A stretch of DNA of 64,000 nucleotides, taken from the NCBI GenBank assembly GCA_033763255.1, contig JANRKX010000024.1, forward strand, positions 12,835 to 76,834, in the 5' to 3' direction. Made by a program: the position numbers and the translations under genes. Within the stretch, counting starts at the first letter, position 1. Every line of letters begins with the position of its first letter. Below the pieces are notes generated by a model that worked only from the letters and a program-made list of their open reading frames with translations, was not told where the DNA came from and did not search any database. Source of the stretch: Acidobacteriota bacterium (GTDB lineage Bacteria > Acidobacteriota > Blastocatellia > RBC074). Below, one piece after another: positions 36,352-45,525 of the stretch.

Positions 36352-37376
36352 TTGTCGGGATTCTCCAGATTGCCTTGCAGCTTGTCGGCGATGGCGAATT
36401 CTCGTTTGGCGTCTTCGGCCTTGCCGAGTTGCTGATACACCTGCCCCAAAATGTAATGCGCGGATTTGTTGTTCGGGTCGAATTGGATCGCTCGGCGCAG
36501 CATGCTTTCGGCGTTCGGCAATTCTTTCTTTTTCAGGTACGACTTGCCCAGCAGAATGTACGGCCCGCTGTAAAACGGATTGAGCCAAACGGATTTTTGC
36601 AGTTGCGTGATGGCTTCGTCCCATTTGAGTTGCCGAGTCAGCGCGTCACCGATCTTGTAATAGGCCATGGCGTTGTTCGGATTGATGGCCAGTTCTTTTT
36701 CGAGCAGCGCGATGCCTTCTTCAAAACGGTTTTTGTAAATCGCGTTTTGCGCCAGCAGGTAATTGGCCTGCGGCAAGCGCGGGTCTTTTTCGAGCGCCGC
36801 TTTCAATTCCGCGTCCGCGAAATCTTCCATCTCCACGCGGATCATCATCTGCGCGGTCAGCAAATGGGCGGCGGCGGAATCCGGCGCGACGCGAAACATT
36901 CGCCCAAACGCCGCGCGCGCTTTTTCAGGCTGCCGCGCCTGCACTGACGCCATGCCGAGTGCATAAACCAGTTCGTTGTTGTTTGGAAATCGGCTGACGG
37001 CTTGCTCCAGGTGCGGAACCGCTTCGGCCATTCGACCAAGCAGATAGTTCGACAATCCCAACGCCTGTTGGCATTCCAAAAATTCGCGTGACAATTTGCC
37101 ATCAGCCAAAGCGTCTTTGCCTGCACTAACGACTAATTCCAAATACACGAGCGCGCGTTGATACTCACGTTTGTGATACCAGGACATGCCCATCAAATAA
37201 GTGACCTCTCTGGAATCGCGTCCTTGCCCGTTTGCTAAAGTGCTCAGCTTCTTAATCACTTCGTCGTAACGACCGGCGTTGAACATCGTGCGTTCTTCGG
37301 TCACCAGGACAGGCGTTTGCGCTTGGCCGGAAGCGAACAGACAAACGATCAACAGACAAAACAGAATCAGTTTCAT
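36348..37376 (-). CDS. tetratricopeptide repeat protein, secreted
   Basis: ATG 37376 gives the signal peptide MKLILFCLLIVCLFASGQAQ. There are multiple TPR units (AMAYYKIGDALTRQLKWDEAI, ILLGKSYLKKKELPNAESML). Confidence 0.85.
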   Translation of the reverse strand: MKLILFCLLIVCLFASGQAQTPVLVTEERTMFNAGRYDEVIKKLSTLANGQGRDSREVTYLMGMSWYHKREYQRALVYLELVVSAGKDALADGKLSREFLECQQALGLSNYLLGRMAEAVPHLEQAVSRFPNNNELVYALGMASVQARQPEKARAAFGRMFRVAPDSAAAHLLTAQMMIRVEMEDFADAELKAALEKDPRLPQANYLLAQNAIYKNRFEEGIALLEKELAINPNNAMAYYKIGDALTRQLKWDEAITQLQKSVWLNPFYSGPYILLGKSYLKKKELPNAESMLRRAIQFDPNNKSAHYILGQVYQQLGKAEDAKREFAIADKLQGNLENPDK

Positions 37377-37381
37377 GGCAG

Positions 37382-37843
37382 TCAATGAAGATTGGAATCG
37401 TCCGTGACAAAGCCTTCGGCTTGGGCAGCCTGCAATAACTGCTTGTCAGCGGAAAGGAAAATCGGCGCGGCAACGCCAACAGACAGCGCGGCGGTTCTTG
37501 CTTGCAACGCGGAAGCCAGTTGCACTGCATCGTAGGCACGTAAGGGATGGCGTCCCAGCAAGAATTTTGTTTGATTCACCAGGTTATCCGTCAATGTAAT
37601 GACTTCGTACTGCGCGCCCCAAACAAAGTTGATGACCGAAATTATTCGCTGATAGCGAAGCGGCGTGATGCTTTGTTCACGCACTCTGCGATTGATCGCG
37701 CTGTAAAGCTCGGTCAGACTCAATTGTCCCGTAATAATCGTGTTGGCGGCTGACGGTTTGAACAAAGCGCGCATCCAAGGGGAACCGACTTCAGGAACGT
37801 GTCGCTTCACCAGAACACTTGTGTCGGCGTAATAACTCGGCAT
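37382..37843 (-). CDS. vapC: PIN-domain toxin (VapC family)
   Basis: YYADTSVLVK, SLTELYSAI, LRAYDAVQLASAL and LSADKQL follow the PIN acidic-residue layout. The stop lies 5 nt from the TPR start. Confidence 0.85.
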   Translation of the reverse strand: MPSYYADTSVLVKRHVPEVGSPWMRALFKPSAANTIITGQLSLTELYSAINRRVREQSITPLRYQRIISVINFVWGAQYEVITLTDNLVNQTKFLLGRHPLRAYDAVQLASALQARTAALSVGVAAPIFLSADKQLLQAAQAEGFVTDDSNLH

Positions 37844-37859
37844 TCAGCCTCCGCTATCT

Positions 37860-38171
37860 TCAAAAGCGTTCCTCGCGCTCTTCGAGAATGAGTTCAGACA
37901 GCGGTTTCCCTGCCGCGAAAACCCTCCCTAGCTCCTCTTCTTCGTCTTCTGAAACAGGCATCACGATTTCAGCCTGCCAATGCCCGGCATCTCGAACCAG
38001 TCCAGCGTCAACCAGAGCTTGGTGAAGACGAATGCGCTCCTCAATTGCCGCACGGCTCGGTTTGGCTTTTGTCTTAACTTCGACTTCGACTTCGGCTTGC
38101 TCAGGCAATTTCAGCGGCGATAAGGGACGCAACACTCCCTCGGCGTAGATTGCAGTCACGATTTGGCTCAT
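37860..38171 (-). CDS. antitoxin with DUF104/AF2212-like N-terminus (VapB-type partner)
   Basis: GGAGG RBS lies before ATG 38171. MSQIVTAIYAEGVLRPLSPLKLPEQAEVEVEV is the classic DUF104 pattern. The stop lies 16 nt upstream of the PIN start. Confidence 0.8.
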   Translation of the reverse strand: MSQIVTAIYAEGVLRPLSPLKLPEQAEVEVEVKTKAKPSRAAIEERIRLHQALVDAGLVRDAGHWQAEIVMPVSEDEEEELGRVFAAGKPLSELILEEREERF

Positions 38172-38273
38172 AGCCACCTCCGTTGGATTGATGTTCAATG
38201 CTCGAAGCATAGCATAAAAAGAGGAGAAGCCCTGTCGGACTTCCCCTCTTGAAATCGCCAATTTACGCCGAAG

Positions 38274-41200
38274 TTAAAACTTCAGCCGGAGCGCGAATTG
38301 GAAGTTGCGTTGCGGGTCGGCGCCGAAATAGGCGGTCGAATTGATGACGCCCGCGCCGCCGCTCGGGACCAGTCGCCCGCCGTCAAACCGTCCGATGAAG
38401 CTGTCCGGGTTGCCCAGGTTGACGTTGTTGAAGAAGTTGACCGATTCGATGCGGAATTCGAGTTCCTTCGTTTCGGTGATCTTGAACTTCTTGAAGAGTG
38501 AAGCGTCCGTGCGCCAGTAACGCGGGCCGCGCAAGGCGTTGCGTTTCTGGTTACCGAAGGTTCCCACCGCCGGAACGCCGAAGACGCTCAGGTCAGTGAA
38601 ATGGCGGATCGTGCCGCCGGCATCGCGCGTGACGCCGGTTTTGACATCGCCGCTGACGTTCGGGCGGCAGGTTCCGGTGTCGGAAATCCCGCCCGTGTCG
38701 AAGCAGTTGTCATAGGGCAAGCCGCTTTGAATCGTCGTGTTGGAGTTCACCTGCCAACCGCCGATCAACAAATCCACCGGGCGCGAAGCGCTGCCCAGCA
38801 GTTTTTTGCCTTTGCCCACCGGCAGTTCGTAAACCTGCGAGAAGACAAAGTTGTGATTGCGTTGCCAGCCCGCCGGGCCGCGATTCAAGTTGGCGTCGAA
38901 GAAGAAATACCCGCCGTCGTCCTGTTCCTGCTTCTGGTAGGTGTAGTGCGCCAGCAGCGAGTAACCGTCCGAAAAACGCTTGTCCAGTTTAAGCTGGATC
39001 GAGTTGTAGCGGTTGTCGGCGCAGTTGCAGAAGAAAGCGATGTCCTGCGACCAGCCGAACCGTTGGAAGAAAGGTCTGGCCAGCGTGCCGTTTCGATTCG
39101 GCCGATAACCGGCAATCGGCACTTGATTGACGTTGACGTCCGGGCCGTCGCCCGCAAACACGTGCGTGCCTTTGTTGCCGACATAAGCCGCTTCGAGTGA
39201 CATCTTGCTGGTCAATTGGTATTGCACCGTGACGTTGTAAGCGTCCACCGTCGGCAGCCGCATCTTGTCCGGCAACACGCGCGCGAAAACGCCGTCCGGC
39301 AGGAAGAATTGCCCGCTGGTCGGCAAGGTCGCGTTCGGCGTGCCGTTGCGATTCGGCGCGTTGTTCAAACCGAAGAACTGCGTAAACGCCGGCGCGCCCT
39401 GCGCCAGATTGAAGACGCTATTGAAATTGCCGTTGTTCAAACGTTGCACGGCCAGCACCGGCAGGTTCTGCGTCACCGAATGGCCGAAGACCGAGCCGAA
39501 CACGCCGATGTCGTAACTGCGTCCATAACCGGCGCGCACCACCAGCTTGTCGGACACTTTGTAAGCCACGCTCAAACGCGGCGCGAAGTTGAAGCTGTTT
39601 TCCACGTTGCCCGCGAGATCGGTGGAACCAACGCCCGCCGTGCTGATTTGCCCGGTTTCCAAGCTCAAGAAGCCGCCGTTGCCGGGATTGTTGAGCGTCT
39701 GCGGATTGATGACATCCATGCGCAGGCCGTAGTTGATGGTCAGTTTCTGCGTCGCGCGCCAGGAATCCTGACCGTAATAGAAATGTCGCCATTGCCGTTC
39801 GCGCGCATCGGTGTTTGAACTGATGTAGCGTCCGAAGTTGGTCACTTCGCCCAGCAGGAAGGTCGCCAGACCGAGTCCGCCGCCATTGACGCCCGCCGTC
39901 CGACCGTTGTTGAAGGTCAGTTCGCCGGAACGATGCACGTCCGAAGGCACGCGCAAATTGAACGCCCGCCGCACGTCCACGCCGAATTTGAAGGTGTGAT
40001 TGCCGACGAATTTCGTGGTGTTGCTGACGAATTGGAATTGGTTCTCGTCCTGATCCAGCGGGCAGTTGCAACGGTTAACGCCCAGGCCCGAACCGAAATT
40101 GGTGTCAGGGATGCCGTTACCGTTGATAAAGCCGCCGAACAAACCGGAACTGAAATCATCCAGGTTCAATCCACGAATGCCCGCTTCTTCCGCCGTTTTC
40201 TTGCCGAAATCGAAGGGCAGAACGTTGACCTTGTAACGGAAGAAACCGAAGCGGAAATCCGTCACCAGCGTGGACGACCAGGCATAGTCAAAACCGTAGG
40301 CCACGCTCTGGTTGCGCACTTTGGAAGTGCCGCCCAGACTGACCAATTCCGGGCCGCCGCCCGCGCCAAAAGCCGTCGGACCGTTGCGGCTGAAATCCGC
40401 GAAGCTGTAGCGGCCAAACATGCTCAAGTTTTCGGACACCCGGTAGTCGCTGCGAATGTCGAAGCTGTCTTTGTCAAAGCCTTCGATGCCGGAGGCGACA
40501 TAGTTGTCAGCCGTGCCGTTCAACCGTCCCGGCGCGTTCGGCAGCGGAATCAGTCTCAGGACATTCACGGCTTGCGGCGACAACCGTGCCGTTGGAATGC
40601 GATTGCCTGTGAACTGCGTGCGCGCCGTCAAATCGCCGTTGGCATTGAAAACCGAAGTGGCCGGATCGAAAACATTGACGCCGTAAGCGCTTAAATCGCC
40701 CGTGCGCGCCGCCGCTGTCGGAACGGTCAGTAATCTGCTGCCGCCGGTTTTGCTGCGGATGCCGTCGTAATCGCCGAAGATGAACCATCGGTCTTTGACA
40801 ATCGGCCCGCCGACCGCGCCACCGAATTGATTACGCAACGTGTCAGGAATGAATTTGCCTGTCAGCGAATCGGGCCGAGCTTGCGAAAACGGATTGCGCG
40901 CTTGCAGCACGTCGTTTTGCCGGAAGAGGTAAGTCGCGCCGTGAATGTCGTTCGTGCCGGATTTGGTCGAAACTGAAACCACGCCCGCGATGGCCTGGCC
41001 GAATTCCGCGTCGTAGTTTTGCGAAGTGATCTTGGTTTCGCCGATGGCTTCAAAGTTGGGATTGACGACGATGATGCCCAGAATCGGATCGCGGTTTTCC
41101 GTGCCATCCAGTTGATAGCCCGTGCCCGCGAAGTGCTGGCCGTTGACCATCGTCTGGGTCGAACCTTGCGGATTTTCGCTGGCCGCGTGCTGCCATTGCA

Positions 41201-41705
41201 GTTGCTGAGTTCCGGGCGTCAGCAAAATGAATTTGGTGAAGTTGCGGTCGAGAATCGGCAGATCAGTCACCTGACGAGCTTCAAACGTCACCGCCACGTC
41301 TGCTCGATCTGTTTTCAGTAATGGAGCATCAGCCGAAATGGTGACTTCTTCGCTGACTGCGCCGGTTTGCAGCGACACATTTGTTTCGCTCGCGCGGTCA
41401 ACGTTGACGACAACTTCGACGATGGCGGTCTTGAACCCCTGAGCTTCGATCTTGACTCGATAAGCTCCGGGGATCAGCCGGGTTTGGTTGAAATTGCCTG
41501 ACGAATTGGTTTCGGTCGCTTCGCTCACGTTGGTTCCGGTGTTTGTGATCGTCACTTTGGCTTTGGCCACAGCCGCGCCGGATTGATCGGTCACAGAGCC
41601 GAACACGCTGCCGTACACGGCCTGTCCGAAAACCTCAACGGACAGAGACGTAATACACAGCAGCAAGCTCAACGCGAGAAGAGAGAATTTCTCTTTCGTC
41701 CTCAT
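38274..41705 (-). CDS. TonB-dependent receptor with N-terminal carboxypeptidase-regulatory-like domain
   Basis: GGAGG lies before ATG 41705, followed by a signal peptide. The CarboxypepD_reg segment is GSVTDQSGAAVAKAKVTITNTGTNVSEATETNSSGNF. The protein is about 1140 aa, beta-rich, and ends in the aromatic terminus ...FALRLKF. Confidence 0.9.
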   Translation of the reverse strand: MRTKEKFSLLALSLLLCITSLSVEVFGQAVYGSVFGSVTDQSGAAVAKAKVTITNTGTNVSEATETNSSGNFNQTRLIPGAYRVKIEAQGFKTAIVEVVVNVDRASETNVSLQTGAVSEEVTISADAPLLKTDRADVAVTFEARQVTDLPILDRNFTKFILLTPGTQQLQWQHAASENPQGSTQTMVNGQHFAGTGYQLDGTENRDPILGIIVVNPNFEAIGETKITSQNYDAEFGQAIAGVVSVSTKSGTNDIHGATYLFRQNDVLQARNPFSQARPDSLTGKFIPDTLRNQFGGAVGGPIVKDRWFIFGDYDGIRSKTGGSRLLTVPTAAARTGDLSAYGVNVFDPATSVFNANGDLTARTQFTGNRIPTARLSPQAVNVLRLIPLPNAPGRLNGTADNYVASGIEGFDKDSFDIRSDYRVSENLSMFGRYSFADFSRNGPTAFGAGGGPELVSLGGTSKVRNQSVAYGFDYAWSSTLVTDFRFGFFRYKVNVLPFDFGKKTAEEAGIRGLNLDDFSSGLFGGFINGNGIPDTNFGSGLGVNRCNCPLDQDENQFQFVSNTTKFVGNHTFKFGVDVRRAFNLRVPSDVHRSGELTFNNGRTAGVNGGGLGLATFLLGEVTNFGRYISSNTDARERQWRHFYYGQDSWRATQKLTINYGLRMDVINPQTLNNPGNGGFLSLETGQISTAGVGSTDLAGNVENSFNFAPRLSVAYKVSDKLVVRAGYGRSYDIGVFGSVFGHSVTQNLPVLAVQRLNNGNFNSVFNLAQGAPAFTQFFGLNNAPNRNGTPNATLPTSGQFFLPDGVFARVLPDKMRLPTVDAYNVTVQYQLTSKMSLEAAYVGNKGTHVFAGDGPDVNVNQVPIAGYRPNRNGTLARPFFQRFGWSQDIAFFCNCADNRYNSIQLKLDKRFSDGYSLLAHYTYQKQEQDDGGYFFFDANLNRGPAGWQRNHNFVFSQVYELPVGKGKKLLGSASRPVDLLIGGWQVNSNTTIQSGLPYDNCFDTGGISDTGTCRPNVSGDVKTGVTRDAGGTIRHFTDLSVFGVPAVGTFGNQKRNALRGPRYWRTDASLFKKFKITETKELEFRIESVNFFNNVNLGNPDSFIGRFDGGRLVPSGGAGVINSTAYFGADPQRNFQFALRLKF

Positions 41706-42249
41706 GATTAGGTAGCCTCCTATGACAGCCCATGAAAAGCGGTTCAGACAAAACTCCACCCTTCTGGTTCAGTCAAAATTGTTACGTGGTCGTGTAAGCG
41801 GCAACAAAAACTGCCCGCTCAAATGATTGAAGTCAGTGGTTTCACCCGGACGCACACTTCGACCTGCCGAAACGGAAGTTCGAGTGCGCATCGGCCTTTT
41901 GGAGGCCAGCAAAGCTTTCAAGGCAAATCAGTTTTTCTAGTTTTTGGAAATTCGATCCGGCTGTTGGTGCGTGTGATGCCGAGTTGATTGAATCCTGCTC
42001 TCAACTCAGGGAACCCAAGTCAGCCAGTTTTATTGTGTCCCAGCAAAGCATCGTCCTGAACTTTGGTAATTCACCAAGTTGAATTTGACGTGGCGGGAGA
42101 TTAGTTCACCGATGATGGATTTGGGAGTTACGCGGGCGTATGATACGGTTACTGACCATTGATGCCTTATGTTGCATTGAGTTACGAAATTGTTACATCT
42201 TGTTTGTAACGTTCTTTAGTGAGTTGAGATACGGTTGGCAGGTCTGGCA

Positions 42250-43683
42250 ATGATCCCCACAGAAGACAAAATCGCGCAGTTGGAGAGAATTCTGAGTGGA
42301 CGCACACTTCACGGTTCAGAAAGTCTACGTGCTTTTCTGCGTTTTGTGGTCGAACAATCGGTCGAAGGAGAAGAACATCAGCTAAAGGAGTATATCATTG
42401 CCACCGAAGTGTTCGGACGCGGCAGCGATTTCGATCCGCGAATTGATTCCGTCGTGCGGGTTCAAGCCGGAAGGCTCAGGAACAAACTTCAAGAGTATTA
42501 CGCGACAGAAGGCAAAGGAGATTCGATTGTCATTGATTTGCCTAAAGGGCAATACACGCCAGTGTTTTTCCCGGCTCAGAAAACGGAAGACCATTCAGGC
42601 AACGGCGTCAATTCGCAACCGTCCAAATCCTTGCAGACCTCCGCTGTTGAAACGGTTTCGGCGACGGCTGGTTTGGGGTTAAATGAATTCGCGCTAGCTC
42701 CGGTCGAACCGGCTGTTTCGACGCCGCATCAGCTTCCCAAAATCACGCGCAGAAGATGGCGAATGGCTGCGGCTTTTTTTTCCATCGCGACGGTTGTCTT
42801 TGGGGCGATGGCTTTTAATTACAGGGCAAAGAATCTGGAATTGTTGGAATCTTTGGGCGGCATCGCGCTGGGCGAAATCAGTTTGATTGATCGCCGCGGG
42901 GTTGATCCTTTATGGGGAGATTTTCTGCGCTCCACCGAACCGGTTTTGATTGTTTACAGCAACACGCTTTTTCGCGGAACGCCTGACACAGGAATGAGGT
43001 CGCTTAAATCGCTTGATTCGCCCGGCAGCAGTCTTGGGTCGCCGATGATTCCGCAAAGCGAAATAGAACAAAGCAAGGAACCCATCATCGAACATTACAC
43101 CGGAATAGGCGAAGTGATGGGGGCGTATTTTCTGGGGGATTTTATGGCGCGGGTGCGCCATCCATCCCGCGTTAAGCGCAGTTTGTTGCTGACGTGGGAA
43201 GATTTGAAAACCGAAAACATCGTTGTGCTCGGTTCGCCCGCTGAAAATTTGTTTTTGCGCGATCTGCCTCAAAAACAGGATTTGGTCTTCAAACAGATGC
43301 CCGACGAAAGCGGCAAACTGGATTTCGGCGTTCTGGTCAATGATCCTAAACCGGGCGAACAACAAAAGTATTTCGCCAAACAGGACGGCCCTTCGCGCAG
43401 CCAGATAACCGAAGATTACGCCGTCGTCAGTTTGTTGCAGGGCGTGTCCGGGCAAAAACGATTGTTGATTCTGGCCGGCATCACAACGCATGGAACTCAA
43501 GCCGCAGCCGAATACGTCACCAAACCGGAATACATCAACGAACTAATCAATCGTCTGAATATCGCTTCGCCCGGCGCGCCGCCCAAATTGCCGATGAATT
43601 ATCAGGTTTTGGTGAAAGTTAAGGTGAATGGCGGAGTTCCTGTGCAAGTGTCTTACGTCACTCATCACGTTTTGGGTCAATAA
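42250..43683 (+). CDS. membrane-anchored winged-helix (OmpR/CadC-type) regulator with unknown periplasmic domain
   Basis: N-terminal LKEYIIATEVFGRGSDFDPRIDSVVRVQAGRLRNKLQEYY...IVIDLPKGQY matches the Trans_reg_C pattern. There is a single TM (AAAFFSIATVVFGAMAF) and a C-terminal domain of about 290 aa. Confidence 0.6.
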   Translation: MIPTEDKIAQLERILSGRTLHGSESLRAFLRFVVEQSVEGEEHQLKEYIIATEVFGRGSDFDPRIDSVVRVQAGRLRNKLQEYYATEGKGDSIVIDLPKGQYTPVFFPAQKTEDHSGNGVNSQPSKSLQTSAVETVSATAGLGLNEFALAPVEPAVSTPHQLPKITRRRWRMAAAFFSIATVVFGAMAFNYRAKNLELLESLGGIALGEISLIDRRGVDPLWGDFLRSTEPVLIVYSNTLFRGTPDTGMRSLKSLDSPGSSLGSPMIPQSEIEQSKEPIIEHYTGIGEVMGAYFLGDFMARVRHPSRVKRSLLLTWEDLKTENIVVLGSPAENLFLRDLPQKQDLVFKQMPDESGKLDFGVLVNDPKPGEQQKYFAKQDGPSRSQITEDYAVVSLLQGVSGQKRLLILAGITTHGTQAAAEYVTKPEYINELINRLNIASPGAPPKLPMNYQVLVKVKVNGGVPVQVSYVTHHVLGQ

Positions 43684-43756
43684 TCTCGATTGTCGAATCT
43701 CGCGCAGCGCGATCTTTTTGCGGATGCGTCAGCCAACATTTATATTCATTCGCGCG

Positions 43757-45475
43757 ATGAATCGAAACAATTTGCCTTCCATCTTTTTTCTGTTCGCGGC
43801 GTTTTTGCTGTCGCCGATTGTTTTGCCGATTGAAGCGACACAAACGCCGTCCGTTCAAAATGAATTCAAGATAGCCTTCGTCAACATAGCCAAAAACGCC
43901 GGGCTTAATCACAAAACCATTTACGGCGACGAAAACAAGAACAAATATCTGTTGGAAACAACCGGCAGCGGAGTCGCCTGGTTCGATTATGACAACGACG
44001 GCTGGCTGGATTTGTTTTTCGTCAACGGCTCGCGCTTCAGCGGCATTGTCAAAGGCCAGGAACCGACGACAAAGCTTTACAAAAACAATCGCAACGGCAC
44101 TTTCACAGACGTGACGGCAAAATCCGGTCTGGCCAAAACCGGCTGGGGGCAATCCGTTTGCGTAGGCGATTTTGACAACGACGGTTGGGATGATTTGTTT
44201 GTGTCTTACTTCGGCAAAAACTCGCTGTTCAAAAACAACGGGAACGGCAGCTTCACAGACGTGACAGACAAAGCCGGAGTCGGCGTGAACAAAACTCGCT
44301 GGGGATCGGGCAGCGCCTTTTTGGATTTCGACAAAGACGGCGATCTGGATTTGTTCGTTGGCAGTTACATTGACTTCGATGTGAAAACCGCTCCAACGCC
44401 TGAAACCGGACCTTGTTTGTACAAAGGCGTGATGGTCGCTTGCGGCCCGCCGGGACTGACTGGAGGCGTCAACATGCTTTTCCAGAACAACGGCAACGGC
44501 ACTTTTGCCGACGTTTCCGAAAAATCCGGTATCCGCAAAACCATCGGTACTTATGCGCTGGGAGTCTTAATCGCCGATTTCGACAACGACACCTGGCCGG
44601 ACATTTACGTCGCCAACGACTCGGCTCCGGCGGCGCTTTATCACAACAACGGCAACGGCAGCTTCACAGACATTGGCGTCGAATCCGGCGCGGCTTACAG
44701 CGGAGACGGCAAACCTCAAGCCGGAATGGGCGTCAGCGCAGGCGATTTCGACGGCGACGGTTTGCCGGATATTTTCAAGACCAATTTTTCCGGCGACACT
44801 TCGACGCTGTATCGCAATCTGGGCAAAAACAATTTTGACGACGTGACGTTTGCCGCTGGCATTGGTTTGAACACTCGCTGGCTGGGTTGGGGCTGCGGAT
44901 TTTTCGATCCCGACAACGACGGCTGGCTGGATATTTTGCTGGTCAACGGCCACGTTTACCCGGAAGTCGGCAAGCTGACCACCGAAGCCGGATACGCTCA
45001 GCGCAAAGTGCTGTACCGCAATCTACGCAACAAGACTTTTCAGGACGTGACGGAAAAAATCGGCGGCGCGTTGATAGAACCTACCGCCAGTCGAGGCTGC
45101 GCGTTTGGAGATTTCGACAATGACGGCGACGTTGATGTGGTCATCAATCCGGTCAACGAAACGCCAGTGTTGATGCGGCTGGATTCACCTGCACCGAAAG
45201 ACGGCGGCAACAACTGGATCGCCGTCAAAGCCGTTGGCGTGACTTCAAACCGCAGCGGCATCGGTGCGCGTGTGACTTGCGTGACGGAAGAGAAAACCCA
45301 GTTCAACGAAGTCCGCAGCGGCGGCAGCTACTATTCGCAGAATGATTTGCGCGTGCATTTCGGCATCGGCAAAGCCACGAAAGTGAAAACGATTGAAATC
45401 CACTGGCCCAGCGGAAAGGTAAGTAAACTCAGCAATGTCGCGGTCAATCAGGTCGTTGTGGTGAAAGAACAATAG
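43757..45475 (+). CDS. CRTAC1-family FG-GAP/VCBS repeat protein with ASPIC/UnbV C-terminal domain (paralog of 34579..36351)
   Basis: FDYDNDGWLDLFFVN, YKNNRNGTFTDVT and NRSGIGARVTCV...RSGGSYYSQNDLRVHFGIG. The start is ATG 43757 (signal peptide), with 43724 as an alternative. Confidence 0.9.
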   Translation: MNRNNLPSIFFLFAAFLLSPIVLPIEATQTPSVQNEFKIAFVNIAKNAGLNHKTIYGDENKNKYLLETTGSGVAWFDYDNDGWLDLFFVNGSRFSGIVKGQEPTTKLYKNNRNGTFTDVTAKSGLAKTGWGQSVCVGDFDNDGWDDLFVSYFGKNSLFKNNGNGSFTDVTDKAGVGVNKTRWGSGSAFLDFDKDGDLDLFVGSYIDFDVKTAPTPETGPCLYKGVMVACGPPGLTGGVNMLFQNNGNGTFADVSEKSGIRKTIGTYALGVLIADFDNDTWPDIYVANDSAPAALYHNNGNGSFTDIGVESGAAYSGDGKPQAGMGVSAGDFDGDGLPDIFKTNFSGDTSTLYRNLGKNNFDDVTFAAGIGLNTRWLGWGCGFFDPDNDGWLDILLVNGHVYPEVGKLTTEAGYAQRKVLYRNLRNKTFQDVTEKIGGALIEPTASRGCAFGDFDNDGDVDVVINPVNETPVLMRLDSPAPKDGGNNWIAVKAVGVTSNRSGIGARVTCVTEEKTQFNEVRSGGSYYSQNDLRVHFGIGKATKVKTIEIHWPSGKVSKLSNVAVNQVVVVKEQ

Positions 45476-45507
45476 CTGGAGCGAGGATGGAACATCCGCG
45501 CTCCAGC
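45475..45507. terminator. strong hairpin between convergent genes (bidirectional terminator candidate)
   Basis: Sequence gctggagcgaggatg-gaa-catccgcgctccagc (14 of 15 paired). It begins in the stop codon of the + gene and is followed by AAAA. Confidence 0.65.
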
Positions 45508-45525
45508 AAAATGTCCGTGCTCCGG

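Noticed and set aside
41800-41910. A possible cobalamin riboswitch in the leader of the TonB-dependent receptor. The minus-strand RNA contains gggtgaaaccactgac, reminiscent of GGTGAAA and the GCCACTG B12 box.
   Set aside because: Only a short, compressed resemblance exists. The spacing and the other conserved cobalamin-riboswitch elements are not visible. An Infernal/Rfam scan would be needed, and I do not claim it.
41848-42310. The exact 13-mer ggacgcacacttc occurs twice, 450 nt apart (41848-41860 in the intergenic region and 42298-42310 inside the regulator CDS).
   Set aside because: A single 13-nt match at this distance is close to chance expectation in 64 kb. One copy is coding, and no extended similarity surrounds either copy.
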